A program made the translations under genes and the position numbers. A DNA stretch of 43,119 bases from a virus, in the IMG/VR virus record IMGVR_UViG_3300010287_000001, positions 1-43,119 of that record; one strand, 5' to 3'. Shown in pieces: positions 23,291 to 31,301 of this stretch. Each line of letters begins with the position of its first letter. Position 1 is the stretch's first letter. The notes under the pieces were generated by a model. That model saw only the letters and a program-made list of their open reading frames with translations. It was not told the origin of the DNA and did not search any database.

Positions 23291-23308
23291 GGGCTCACCC
23301 CCTCTCGG

Positions 23309-24955
23309 TCAGTACGTGTAGACTGGCAGTGACATCACATCGCCGTCTGTCTCCTGCAGCTCTCCATCGTGCGTGAGCGCATGGATCAGGGCGAAGAAAC
23401 CGTCAGTCTTTCTGGTATGAGGCTCAATCTTCTTGTAGGTCGTATTGCCCTTCGGATCTAGTTCCTGGTAGGTGTTGCCGACATACCAGCGCATGACCGG
23501 GTTATCACCGAACACGAATCGCTCCTCGGCGAAGCCCGACTCAATGATCGGCGCCACCCGGGCATGCGTGACAGGACCGCTAGGCACGTCTTTCAACGGT
23601 AGCCCCGCCTTCTGAAACTCATCACGCAGGAACTCCACCCGGTACCGGTCACTCAAGATGTTGATGATGTTGTACCGCTTGCCTTGCTCCACAAACCACT
23701 GCGCCACGTCCGCTGCCGTGATGCTGTCTCGATGGACAATCGTAAGCAGCCCCTGTTCGGCCCACTCTCGTATCGGGGCCTTGATTCTGCGCGACTCGAT
23801 CTTCAGTGCTTTGTGGCAGACGAAAGAGTGTTCCAGCCAGTAGCGTTTGCCTCGATACTTGAACAGCAGCCCGCAACTGGCGAAGTCGGTGACCTGCGCG
23901 TAGTCGATTGCCCCGATGCAGGGCATCCCCTCCAGCTCGTCGTAGGGGATCGGCTGATTGGTCGCCAGCACCTGTTCCCACGGTGCGACGACGGTGTACG
24001 CATCTTCCCGGGGCAGGTTCATCCTCTTGGTAAGGACGTCAATCGCCTTGTGCGGCTGGTGCTGCGCCTTTACAACATCCGCCTCGATCGCTTTGCGGAG
24101 CTCCGGGAAATACGGCAGCGACGGATTCGCTTTGACCCACATCCGCGGGTCCTTGAGTTCTTCCTCGTCATCGAGCTTGTAGATCAGTGGGAGCAGCCCG
24201 AGGTCTGTAATCTCGCCTGACAGCACCTTTTCGGCGAGTTCTTTGAGCTCGTCTAGGACACCGCCCCGCACGTAGCCGTCGGTTGTGATGTAGAACGTCC
24301 TTGAGTGCTTGCGCTTACCGAACCCGCTCTGGAACACCTTGATCGTGTCCCAGGTCTCATACTCATGGATCTCATCGAACACCAGGCAGGCTGACCGCTT
24401 GCCGTCCTTGGTCCGGGCGTTCGAGGTGTTAAACCTGATGTAGCTCTTGGTGCGGAGGTTCAGGATCAACTCTTTTGACCAGTAGAAGAACTTGCGGAGC
24501 TTCGATTTGTGCCGCTCAAGTACCTCGTGGTTATCGTTGAAGCTCGTCTTGGCCTGCTCTTCGTTGTTTGCGATGATGTCGATGTTGTAGCCCCTGATGC
24601 CGTGGTAGTGGGTGCTCAGGTAGAATACCAGCGCCGAGATGAACCCGTTCTTGCCGTTGCCTCGGCCCATCACAGTGAGGTACTCGTCAAACACCACGGT
24701 GTCGGTTGGCCGATGATAGGCATGGACCAGGGCCAAAATGAAAAGTTCCCAGTCCAGGAGCTTGAACTCATGATACTTCTCTATGACCCCGACGGCTTTG
24801 GCGATCCGCTCGCCGTCGATGTAGACACCGGGCTGGCTCAACTTGCGCTCAACGAGGTCGCAGGCCAACTTAATCTCCCGGCTTGCTGGGATTGCGCCTG
24901 ACCGGATGTCGTCGATATACCGGTCGATGTACGGATGATAGTCCCTCCTGCGCAT
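23309..24955 (-). CDS. terL: Terminase large subunit
   Basis: 548 aa with a Walker A-like MGRGNGKNGF, Walker B LVFDEIHE and a C-terminal nuclease region. Confidence 0.92.
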   Translation of the reverse strand: MRRRDYHPYIDRYIDDIRSGAIPASREIKLACDLVERKLSQPGVYIDGERIAKAVGVIEKYHEFKLLDWELFILALVHAYHRPTDTVVFDEYLTVMGRGNGKNGFISALVFYLSTHYHGIRGYNIDIIANNEEQAKTSFNDNHEVLERHKSKLRKFFYWSKELILNLRTKSYIRFNTSNARTKDGKRSACLVFDEIHEYETWDTIKVFQSGFGKRKHSRTFYITTDGYVRGGVLDELKELAEKVLSGEITDLGLLPLIYKLDDEEELKDPRMWVKANPSLPYFPELRKAIEADVVKAQHQPHKAIDVLTKRMNLPREDAYTVVAPWEQVLATNQPIPYDELEGMPCIGAIDYAQVTDFASCGLLFKYRGKRYWLEHSFVCHKALKIESRRIKAPIREWAEQGLLTIVHRDSITAADVAQWFVEQGKRYNIINILSDRYRVEFLRDEFQKAGLPLKDVPSGPVTHARVAPIIESGFAEERFVFGDNPVMRWYVGNTYQELDPKGNTTYKKIEPHTRKTDGFFALIHALTHDGELQETDGDVMSLPVYTY

Positions 24956-24991
24956 TTACATGGTCACCACCTCCGACATCGCCAGGTCTAG

Positions 24992-25339
24992 TCACATTTC
25001 ATCGTCATCAGACAGGTCATCCAAGCTGATGTCTCCCAGCTTAGTGATGATTTTCATGAGTGTGCTGGCAGTCCTATTGGCGCTGTCGGCGGTTTTGTTG
25101 TACGCGTTGATCGCCGGGTGGCTATACAGGTTTTGCCGCCCCTTGACATACTCCTTAGTAATGAGCAGGCCGCTTTCGTTTAGCTCTTTTTCGAGATCAG
25201 ACAGTATTTTGAGCTGAACTTGGTAGCGCTTGAACGTAGTCAAAAACAAGAAATTCTGCTCGACACCAATCTTTTGTGCCGCTTCAACGATCTTCTGCGC
25301 TTGTCTATTCAGATCGACTATCACCCGAGCTGTCGCCAC
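24992..25339 (-). CDS. terS: Terminase small subunit (P27-type)
   Basis: 115 aa helical protein directly upstream of TerL. GTG start with SD AAGGAGGG. Acidic C-terminus. Confidence 0.7.
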   Translation of the reverse strand: MATARVIVDLNRQAQKIVEAAQKIGVEQNFLFLTTFKRYQVQLKILSDLEKELNESGLLITKEYVKGRQNLYSHPAINAYNKTADSANRTASTLMKIITKLGDISLDDLSDDDEM

Positions 25340-26561
25340 AGATGGCCCTCCTTGCTATTGACTCGGCCAACTTCTTGGCCGCCGCCTTGTAGGGATAGTT
25401 GACCCGGTCATTTGGGCCCCAATTGCCGCCCTCGCGGAGTTGTTTCTCCGTCAGGCCCATTGCAGCAATGGCTTTGGCGAGCCGCGCCTTTGGCTGCTGC
25501 GGTGACATCAGTTTGACACGGTTGCTCCAACCAATGCCGCCAAAAAACCACTCCTTAAACGTCAAGAAGTTCTCCCAGTAGTCATCTCGAAGCGGCATGA
25601 TTGCCAGCGGCGTCGCCGGATCCGGGCACCATGCGGTAAAGCTGAGTGCCAGGACGCCTTTTGGTGTTATCTCCTTCCATCTCGTCACCGCGGCCTTGAG
25701 CTCTTCCCAATCGTCCGCCGTCTCCCCTGGCAGACCAGCGATCAAGAACCAGCGGACACTCCTACCATTGGCATTGAGCCATGCGGTGCACTTTACTAGA
25801 TCATCATGACTGATCGGTTTGTTGACCAGGTTCCTAAGTCGCTCAGACACACCCTCGATACCCAGTCTGACCTGTCTGGCTGGCGGCAGGCCATACTCTC
25901 TGAGATACTTTACCGAGTAGCTGCCGTGCTCCGCTGGTGGCAGTCGCTTAAAGAACGAGTGCTGTGCAAGATCGTTGCTCAGATAGTTGACCTTTTGTCC
26001 AGCGGCTCGCAGCCGTCTGATCTGCGTTAACAGTCTTTCCGGGTCCGGATTTTCTGCGTAGGTATGTGCCCAGCCAGTCTGGCAAAACGCACATTTGTTC
26101 TTGCAGCCTCGCCCGCACCATACCCGCACCGCTCCATCCTCGGCCATAATGGGAGGGCAGTCCCACGGAAACCCCTGATCGATCTCCACTGGTCTCGTCT
26201 CCCCGTGCACCCATGCATTTGGCAGCGCTCTTGCCGCCTCCAACCCCTCATGGATCAGGATCCGCATAAATATCTGCCCGTCGCCCACGCATACAACGTC
26301 GCCGTGGAGCCCGAGAGAGTATGGGCTTGTGCTTCCCGCGCCTCCGACGACGATCGCCTTGTGCGGGTACTTGGTCTTGATTCGCCTGACATAGTCGCAG
26401 TCGATAGGCGACGTGCAGGTAATCAGTATAGCATCAGCCTCGGCCGGCGGGTATTCTCGAGTGCCGTTCCTGCGCAACTCCCAGGCCAGATACTCGGCAG
26501 CCATGCCTCTCCCGGCCTGTTTGTGGACCGGAAAACACGCATCAAGAATAGCGAAGCGCAT
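25305..26561 (-). CDS. Radical SAM protein with an N-terminal B12-binding-like Rossmann domain (418 aa)
   Basis: CGRGCKNKCAFCQ contains CxxxCxxC. GIEGVSERLRNLVNKPIS is present. The N-terminus ILITCTSPIDCDYVRRIKTKYPHKAIVVGGAG resembles the cobalamin-binding domain of class B rSAM enzymes. Confidence 0.85.
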   Translation of the reverse strand: MRFAILDACFPVHKQAGRGMAAEYLAWELRRNGTREYPPAEADAILITCTSPIDCDYVRRIKTKYPHKAIVVGGAGSTSPYSLGLHGDVVCVGDGQIFMRILIHEGLEAARALPNAWVHGETRPVEIDQGFPWDCPPIMAEDGAVRVWCGRGCKNKCAFCQTGWAHTYAENPDPERLLTQIRRLRAAGQKVNYLSNDLAQHSFFKRLPPAEHGSYSVKYLREYGLPPARQVRLGIEGVSERLRNLVNKPISHDDLVKCTAWLNANGRSVRWFLIAGLPGETADDWEELKAAVTRWKEITPKGVLALSFTAWCPDPATPLAIMPLRDDYWENFLTFKEWFFGGIGWSNRVKLMSPQQPKARLAKAIAAMGLTEKQLREGGNWGPNDRVNYPYKAAAKKLAESIARRAICGDSSGDSRSE

Positions 26562-27132
26562 TGCGTATTACCTCCGAGACCCACTCCGATACGTTTGCGT
26601 CTGGTGCGCGGTTTAAAAAATCCTCATATACGCTCCGGTCCACCTTGCAGGCAATGGCACCAAAGCTGAAGAGCACACCATCATCGCCCTCGTCGCCCAT
26701 GCGTTCCCAAGGGGAGGCACCGGCTCTGTCAGCATCCTCTTCGTGGTCGATGAAGAGGTCATCAAAACCAAACGGTGACATGTCAAAGTCGAGAGTCTCT
26801 AATTCCTCCAGCTCTAGCGTCAGCAACTCATAATCCCACGTTGAGAGCTCGGCGGTCTTATTGTCTGCCAGCCGAAATGCTTTGATCTGCGCTTCGGTCA
26901 GATCATCAGCAACGATGCACGGGACCTTGGTCATACCTAGTTGTTTGGCGGCCTTGAGTCGGGTATGGCCTGCAATTATCCCGCCTTTGCCGTCGATGAT
27001 AATCGGCACGCGAAAGCCGAACTCCTTGATGCTCGCGGCCACGGCATCAACAGCAGCATCGTTATGCCTTGGGTTGCGCTCATATGGTGTCAGCTCGCTG
27101 ATGTCCTTATAGACGATCTTGAGGACCGCCAT
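26542..27132 (-). CDS. ParB/Srx-like N-terminal domain protein
   Basis: ISELTPYERNPRHNDAAVDAVAASIKEFGFRVPIIID..GGIIAGHTRLKAAKQLG fits the ParB N-domain. The stop overlaps the rSAM start by 20 nt. Confidence 0.8.
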   Translation of the reverse strand: MAVLKIVYKDISELTPYERNPRHNDAAVDAVAASIKEFGFRVPIIIDGKGGIIAGHTRLKAAKQLGMTKVPCIVADDLTEAQIKAFRLADNKTAELSTWDYELLTLELEELETLDFDMSPFGFDDLFIDHEEDADRAGASPWERMGDEGDDGVLFSFGAIACKVDRSVYEDFLNRAPDANVSEWVSEVIRNALRYS

Positions 27133-27247
27133 GCCCAACCCCTCCAAAAAACCTCATGGTTGTGCGATTCCCCGTTTTGGATGGCCCGCCCCGCCGGTCC
27201 CCCGTCGCCCGCGGAAACTCGTTTTCTCGACCGGGGGTCTACCAGCG

Positions 27248-27565
27248 CTACCAGCGCTCGGGAAAGATTCTCGTCTTCGCGTTCTCACTCGGTTCGATGA
27301 ACTTCTCGGGATGCTCACGGTTGTGGCAGTCAGCGCACAGACTCTCCAGGTTGTCGTTGTCGAGTGCGAGGTCGGGTCGCTGGCCGAGGTGCTTGACGTG
27401 GTGCACTGTGTTCGCCGGAGCGAATCGTCCTTCCCGCTTGCACCGCTGGCACTCGTGGTTGTCTCGCTCGAGGATCTCTCGCCGCTTGCGCTCCCACTCG
27501 CCGGAGTGGTAGAACCTGTCTCGCTCGACGAGCTTCCTGATCCTCACCAGCAGCCGCTCATCCAT
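27248..27565 (-). CDS. HNH endonuclease (terminase-associated type)
   Basis: CQRC...VHHVKH...NLESLCADCHNREH motif, in the packaging operon. Confidence 0.9.
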   Translation of the reverse strand: MDERLLVRIRKLVERDRFYHSGEWERKRREILERDNHECQRCKREGRFAPANTVHHVKHLGQRPDLALDNDNLESLCADCHNREHPEKFIEPSENAKTRIFPERW

Positions 27566-27857
27566 GCCTGACCTGCCTCACTCGCCCGCCAACCCTGCGG
27601 TAAGCATCGTGCCGCTCGACCATCGCCTTTGTGGTGTCGAACCTCTCAGCCTCGATCTCTCGCTCTCGCTTGTCCACCAACTGGCTGAACGACTCGAACT
27701 CACGACTGCAACACAAGCACTTAGCTCCGCTGTCGGCCTGGCCTGACCACGCCAGCGTTCGCTGCTCGCAGTAGGGACACGGGAATAGCGTCACTGCAAT
27801 CGGCTTGCCCAGTATCCGACGTGCTCTCGTCCACAGCTCGTGGTCAATCCCTCTCAT
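27558..27857 (-). CDS. Zinc-ribbon protein (CPYC...CLCC), first gene of the late operon
   Basis: ATG with SD GAGGTGA. Four-Cys motif. Confidence 0.5.
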   Translation of the reverse strand: MRGIDHELWTRARRILGKPIAVTLFPCPYCEQRTLAWSGQADSGAKCLCCSREFESFSQLVDKREREIEAERFDTTKAMVERHDAYRRVGGRVRQVRHG

Positions 27858-28006
27858 CGGCCATCACCTCACAGCCTCCACCTCGGTACAACGAAGCAGG
27901 ACGAGCTGTTCTGCCCGCCCTGCGCTGGAGTGAGACTGTGTGCGACTATGCCTGAGGGAGACACCTCTACTCTGTTGTCAAGTATACGGGCTTGGCGGCC
28001 ACGATT

Positions 28007-28420
28007 TCAAGCCCCCAAGCGGCCAAAAAGCGGCCAAAAAGCGGCCAACTTTTCGGCTCCTAGCCCAGCTAAAGCGGCAGATACGCGTTTTCGGACAATA
28101 TGCACTCTGCGGCGCACCGTTCTCTCGGAATAGTGGAGGAGCGAGGCGATCCGTTTGTGCGTCGCCCCGTCGTCCCACTTGAGGGCTGCAACCTGTCGAT
28201 ACTCCCTCCGCAAGCCCCTCAACGCTCGATCGACGGTATCAAGGACATAGAGGATAGTCACTCGATCGACGACGACCCGTCCGACAGGATCGCCCGCTGC
28301 GCTGGAGACAGGCAGCGTCACCACGCTCGTCGATGTGCGGGGTTCCAGTGCCTCGACCTGCCTGCGCCACGCTCTGCGGTTGTAGAGGATCAGGTCTATC
28401 AATCGAGTGTTGTCAATCAC
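28007..28420 (-). CDS. Late-gene transcriptional activator, RinA/ArpU (sigma-70 region 4-like) family
   Basis: THKRIASLLHYSERTVRRRVHIVRKRV is an HTH. Sits immediately upstream of the packaging/late operon. GTG start with SD GGGGAGGGG. Confidence 0.6.
   Translation of the reverse strand: MIDNTRLIDLILYNRRAWRRQVEALEPRTSTSVVTLPVSSAAGDPVGRVVVDRVTILYVLDTVDRALRGLRREYRQVAALKWDDGATHKRIASLLHYSERTVRRRVHIVRKRVSAALAGLGAEKLAAFWPLFGRLGA
28017..28049. repeat. Three tandem 11-bp units (minus strand TTGGCCGCTTT x2 + GTTGGCCGCTT); candidate activator binding sites
   Basis: The plus strand reads aagcggccaaa aagcggccaaa aagcggccaac. A fourth TGGCCGC lies at 27994-28000. The units lie at the 3' end of the activator gene, just upstream of a TTGACA box (27976-27981, minus strand). 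Confidence 0.6.
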
Positions 28421-28435
28421 ACATACCCCTCCCCG

Positions 28436-28582
28436 TCAATTGACCCCCGTCTGTGATCGAAGTGCCGCCCTAACTCGCCTCCAGGCCTTTCGACGCAGCT
28501 CCCTGGCCTTCTCGGGCTTGCCCTGCTTATCCAACTCAGCGGCACGCTTGAGCAGGCCCTGCAGTGACTCTCGCCTCGACAT
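28436..28582 (-). CDS. Small basic helical protein (48 aa), not in the ORF track
   Basis: MSRRESLQGLLKRAAELDKQGKPEKARELRRKAWRRVRAALRSQTGVN. SD GGGAGG lies 9 nt upstream. Overlaps the 3' end of the resolvase ORF by 47 nt. Confidence 0.35.
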   Translation of the reverse strand: MSRRESLQGLLKRAAELDKQGKPEKARELRRKAWRRVRAALRSQTGVN

Positions 28583-28907
28583 CTCGACCCGCCTCCCACT
28601 CCCGATAGATCGTAAACCAGTCCTCCGCCCTCATAATGACCAGCCAGTCGCAGTGGTTCCGGCGATGTGCGACTATTGGGATCTTTCCGTCCTTCGCATC
28701 TCGCCGGGCCTGGTCGATGGCGTCGTAGAGGCTCAGGCGCTCGGTGCGCTTTACCTCACAGTGGATGCCTGGTAGGCCGACCACGTCCTCGCCTTCAATT
28801 CCTGAAAACTGCTGGCCTCGGCGAGCGTCGGAATAGCCTTGATCCCGGCAGAACGCTGCCCATTCCCTTTCGCCCCTTTTGCCCTTCTCACGACTCCGCT
28901 TACTCAT
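28536..28907 (-). CDS. PD-(D/E)XK nuclease, putative Holliday-junction resolvase
   Basis: KGKRGEREW...GEDVVGLPGIHCEVKRTE contains a D...EVK motif. ATG 28907 chosen. Confidence 0.55.
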   Translation of the reverse strand: MSKRSREKGKRGEREWAAFCRDQGYSDARRGQQFSGIEGEDVVGLPGIHCEVKRTERLSLYDAIDQARRDAKDGKIPIVAHRRNHCDWLVIMRAEDWFTIYREWEAGRDVEARVTAGPAQACR

Positions 28908-29328
28908 GCGATCCCCCCAGCAGCTCGGGGTTGTCGTGAATGTTACCAATGACTTCAACCCTGGGGAATCGGTCACGAAGGACGATCCACAGGACATCTT
29001 CCGCCCAGCGAGTCGCATTGAACAGTCTCACTTGCCATTCGCCTGACCCATTCCTACACACTCGTCCGGTCCAATACGATGTGTCAGACTCCCAAGCCCG
29101 CAGTATGTCGTCCTCATAGATGTCGCAACTGTTTGTATCCTGAAACCCAGTCCACCGGCCGACGGTTTCTTGATCAACGAGCCACGCCGACGGTTTGCTG
29201 CCAATCAGCCAGGGGCTAGCAATATAGACTTGACCATCGCGATCAAGTAGATAACCGCCATAAGCCCATTTGTCGTTGTCAATCCGCTTGCCGCGGAATC
29301 TAATCCGCCTGCCACATAATATTTTCAC
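28900..29328 (-). CDS. YopX-family protein
   Basis: FRGKRIDNDKWAYGGYL...GNIHDNPELL is the YopX signature. Confidence 0.8.
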   Translation of the reverse strand: MKILCGRRIRFRGKRIDNDKWAYGGYLLDRDGQVYIASPWLIGSKPSAWLVDQETVGRWTGFQDTNSCDIYEDDILRAWESDTSYWTGRVCRNGSGEWQVRLFNATRWAEDVLWIVLRDRFPRVEVIGNIHDNPELLGGSHE

Positions 29329-29489
29329 TCTCGCACCTCCTCAGAACAGCGTCGCTCCTCCAGGTCCCTCTCCATCTGCCTGTCTGCGTCGCCCGCGACC
29401 ACGCACAGGCTTAGGATCATCACCCCGAACGTCCCGCCCAGCACGAACGCTATTATCACCGCCGCCCAGAACACGGACCAACTCAGCAT
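29325..29489 (-). CDS. Small single-pass membrane protein (54 aa), not in the ORF track
   Basis: MLSWSVFWAAVIIAFVLGGTFGVMILSLCVVAGDADRQMERDLEERRCSEEVRE. SD GAGGAG. The stop overlaps the YopX GTG (GTGA). Confidence 0.5.
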   Translation of the reverse strand: MLSWSVFWAAVIIAFVLGGTFGVMILSLCVVAGDADRQMERDLEERRCSEEVRE

Positions 29490-29569
29490 CAGGATCAACT
29501 CCTCTCTGTTTCAGCCAACTCTCGGTCGCCATTCTCCGCTTGCCCTGCTCATCCTCAAACTCGAAGAGT

Positions 29570-29767
29570 CTAAAAACCCCTGATATCGGGCCGCACTCGC
29601 GAATGATTTTCACGCCAACAGCTCCCCTCGTATGCACTCACAAGCCCGTCCCGCACCGCATCCATAGCTTGCTTCACAGCCTTGCCTCCCGCTCGCCCCT
29701 CGCGCCGCATCAGACCGAGGAGCCACACCAATGCCCGCATTTGGTCTGTCCAGGGACGCTCTGACAT
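29570..29767 (-). CDS. Hypothetical protein (65 aa)
   Basis: The ATG overlaps the methyltransferase stop (TAATG). Confidence 0.45.
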   Translation of the reverse strand: MSERPWTDQMRALVWLLGLMRREGRAGGKAVKQAMDAVRDGLVSAYEGSCWRENHSRVRPDIRGF

Positions 29768-30438
29768 TACGGCCTCACCTTCTGGAACACCAGAATCCAT
29801 TCCGCCGACACTCTCACATCGCTATTAGCCCCGAACCTGAGTCGAGGTGTCTCCACAGGTATCTTGTCGATCAACAACAACCCAATGCCCGTAATAGCCT
29901 TCACATGCCAATCAACGACCCGCACTACCTGCCCCTTGCGTATATGGTCAGACACGTTCACAATCATCAGTCCGTCCGGCCTCAACACCCGCTCGCACTC
30001 CATCCAAATACGTGTGTGCTTTTGTCGATACTCCTCTCCCCACTGCATCATGCCGGTATTGCCGGATGTGAGCGGGCGGCCAAGGGTGTGTCTGTAGGTG
30101 TTCCGCCTGCTTCCGTCACGGGCGTTGTGATGGTCTGCCATTCTGTTGCCATACGTCGGTGACGTGCAGATTGCACAAAACTGCCCGTCCAAGGCCCAGT
30201 CCATGTGTTCCGCATCCCCAATATGCACTTCGTCTACACCGGGAGGAGTAGGTGTGATCCACTCCGGCTCCAGCTCGTTACACACAACGTAACCCTTATA
30301 CCCATGTTCCTTGATCTGTCCGATCTTCCCCGTGCCCGCCATTGGGTCAAGCACATTCGGGCAGTCTCGGAGGAGATCAACGAAGATTGGTATCAGTGTG
30401 TCCGTATATTTGGCTGGGTGTTTGACTGATGTCACCAT
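29767..30438 (-). CDS. DNA methyltransferase (N6-A / N4-C type)
   Basis: Motif I-like LDPMAGTGK and motif IV-like TSPTYGN. 223 aa. Confidence 0.65.
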   Translation of the reverse strand: MVTSVKHPAKYTDTLIPIFVDLLRDCPNVLDPMAGTGKIGQIKEHGYKGYVVCNELEPEWITPTPPGVDEVHIGDAEHMDWALDGQFCAICTSPTYGNRMADHHNARDGSRRNTYRHTLGRPLTSGNTGMMQWGEEYRQKHTRIWMECERVLRPDGLMIVNVSDHIRKGQVVRVVDWHVKAITGIGLLLIDKIPVETPRLRFGANSDVRVSAEWILVFQKVRP

Positions 30439-31301
30439 TACCGCTCCCTCCGCTCCTTGGCCCTTGCCTCCGCAATCTCCCTCCGGTAGCTAGAGGCCCG
30501 CATCAAGTGAATCGCACACATCTCGACTAACCTGTCCATGATCCGGGTGCCGACGGCCTGACCCAGCGCCGCCGGCGTCAGGTTGCTCGTCACGATCACA
30601 GGCCGCTCCATCCGGTATCGCTGGTCGATGATCGTGTAAAGTGTCGCCTCAGTCCACTCGGTGGGTTTCTCAGAGCCGAGGTCATCGAGGACGAGTAAGT
30701 CGCACCGCACCAGCTCCGAGATGAGCGCCTCCTCTGTGGTGTCGGCCTGTCGATTGTATGTCGCTCGCAGGCGCATCAGCAGTTCGGGCACGCTCTGGAA
30801 TATGACCGTGTGCCCCCGGCTCAGCAGCTCGTTGGCGACCGCTGCGGCCAGGTGCGTTTTTCCGCATCCCGTCGGGCCGCTGAACAGGAGTCCGAGGCCT
30901 CGATCTGGAGGCCATTGCTCGACGAACCTCTTGGCCGCCTGGTGTGCTGACTCGGTGCCGGGCCGCTCGACCCAGGCATCAAACGTGCTGCGTCGGAACC
31001 GTGGCCCCAGTCTAGACTGTCGGAATAGATCGTCGATCCGCTGCTGCCTTTGCCGAGCTTCGAATCGTCGCTGTTCCTCGTCCATCTGCTCTTTAGCCTG
31101 TTTTCGCCTGCCCGCACACTCAGGGCACCAGGCCGACCATATGCGCTTGCCGTTTGGGGACTCGGCCAGCAGCTTGATCTCGACACCGTCGGTCGTCCCA
31201 CACCCCATGCACTCTCTAGGAGCGTCGGGCGAGCTTGTCCCAGTCGTAGCCGTCATCCTCGGTATACGGTTGATGGCCTCTGTGAGCATTCCCACTGCCA
31301 T
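30438..31301 (-). CDS. DnaC/IstB-like AAA+ helicase loader with an N-terminal CxxC...CxxC zinc finger
   Basis: Walker A GPTGCGKTHLA and Walker B LLVLDDLG. ATG 31301 with SD AGGAGGTGA keeps the first Cys of the finger. Confidence 0.85.
   Translation of the reverse strand: MAVGMLTEAINRIPRMTATTGTSSPDAPRECMGCGTTDGVEIKLLAESPNGKRIWSAWCPECAGRRKQAKEQMDEEQRRFEARQRQQRIDDLFRQSRLGPRFRRSTFDAWVERPGTESAHQAAKRFVEQWPPDRGLGLLFSGPTGCGKTHLAAAVANELLSRGHTVIFQSVPELLMRLRATYNRQADTTEEALISELVRCDLLVLDDLGSEKPTEWTEATLYTIIDQRYRMERPVIVTSNLTPAALGQAVGTRIMDRLVEMCAIHLMRASSYRREIAEARAKERRER

Noticed and set aside
27240-27257. A 9-bp tandem duplication TACCAGCGC x2 creating two in-frame TAG stops after the HNH gene.
   Set aside because: It is real in the sequence, but it is most simply a small slippage duplication with no evident function. 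It is mentioned only within the cos-candidate finding.
28017-28049. A possible CRISPR-like or minisatellite array (aagcggccaaa x3).
   Set aside because: The units are only 11 bp and directly abut each other with no spacers. They lie in a promoter-proximal position and fit activator or operator sites instead.
27940-28182. An 80-aa plus-strand ORF preceded by an SD-like GGAGTGAGACT.
   Set aside because: It is antisense to the RinA-like gene and the late promoter, and its product is Cys/Arg/Pro-rich junk-like sequence. The SD-like motif is better explained as an inverted copy of the recurrent junction motif.
29341-29637. A 98-aa minus-strand ORF (MHTRGAVGV...GRGRRRQADGEGPGG).
   Set aside because: Its composition looks off-frame. 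The same DNA in another frame encodes a 54-aa TM protein with a proper SD and a GTGA overlap to the YopX gene. The upstream part is covered by the 29570-29767 gene.
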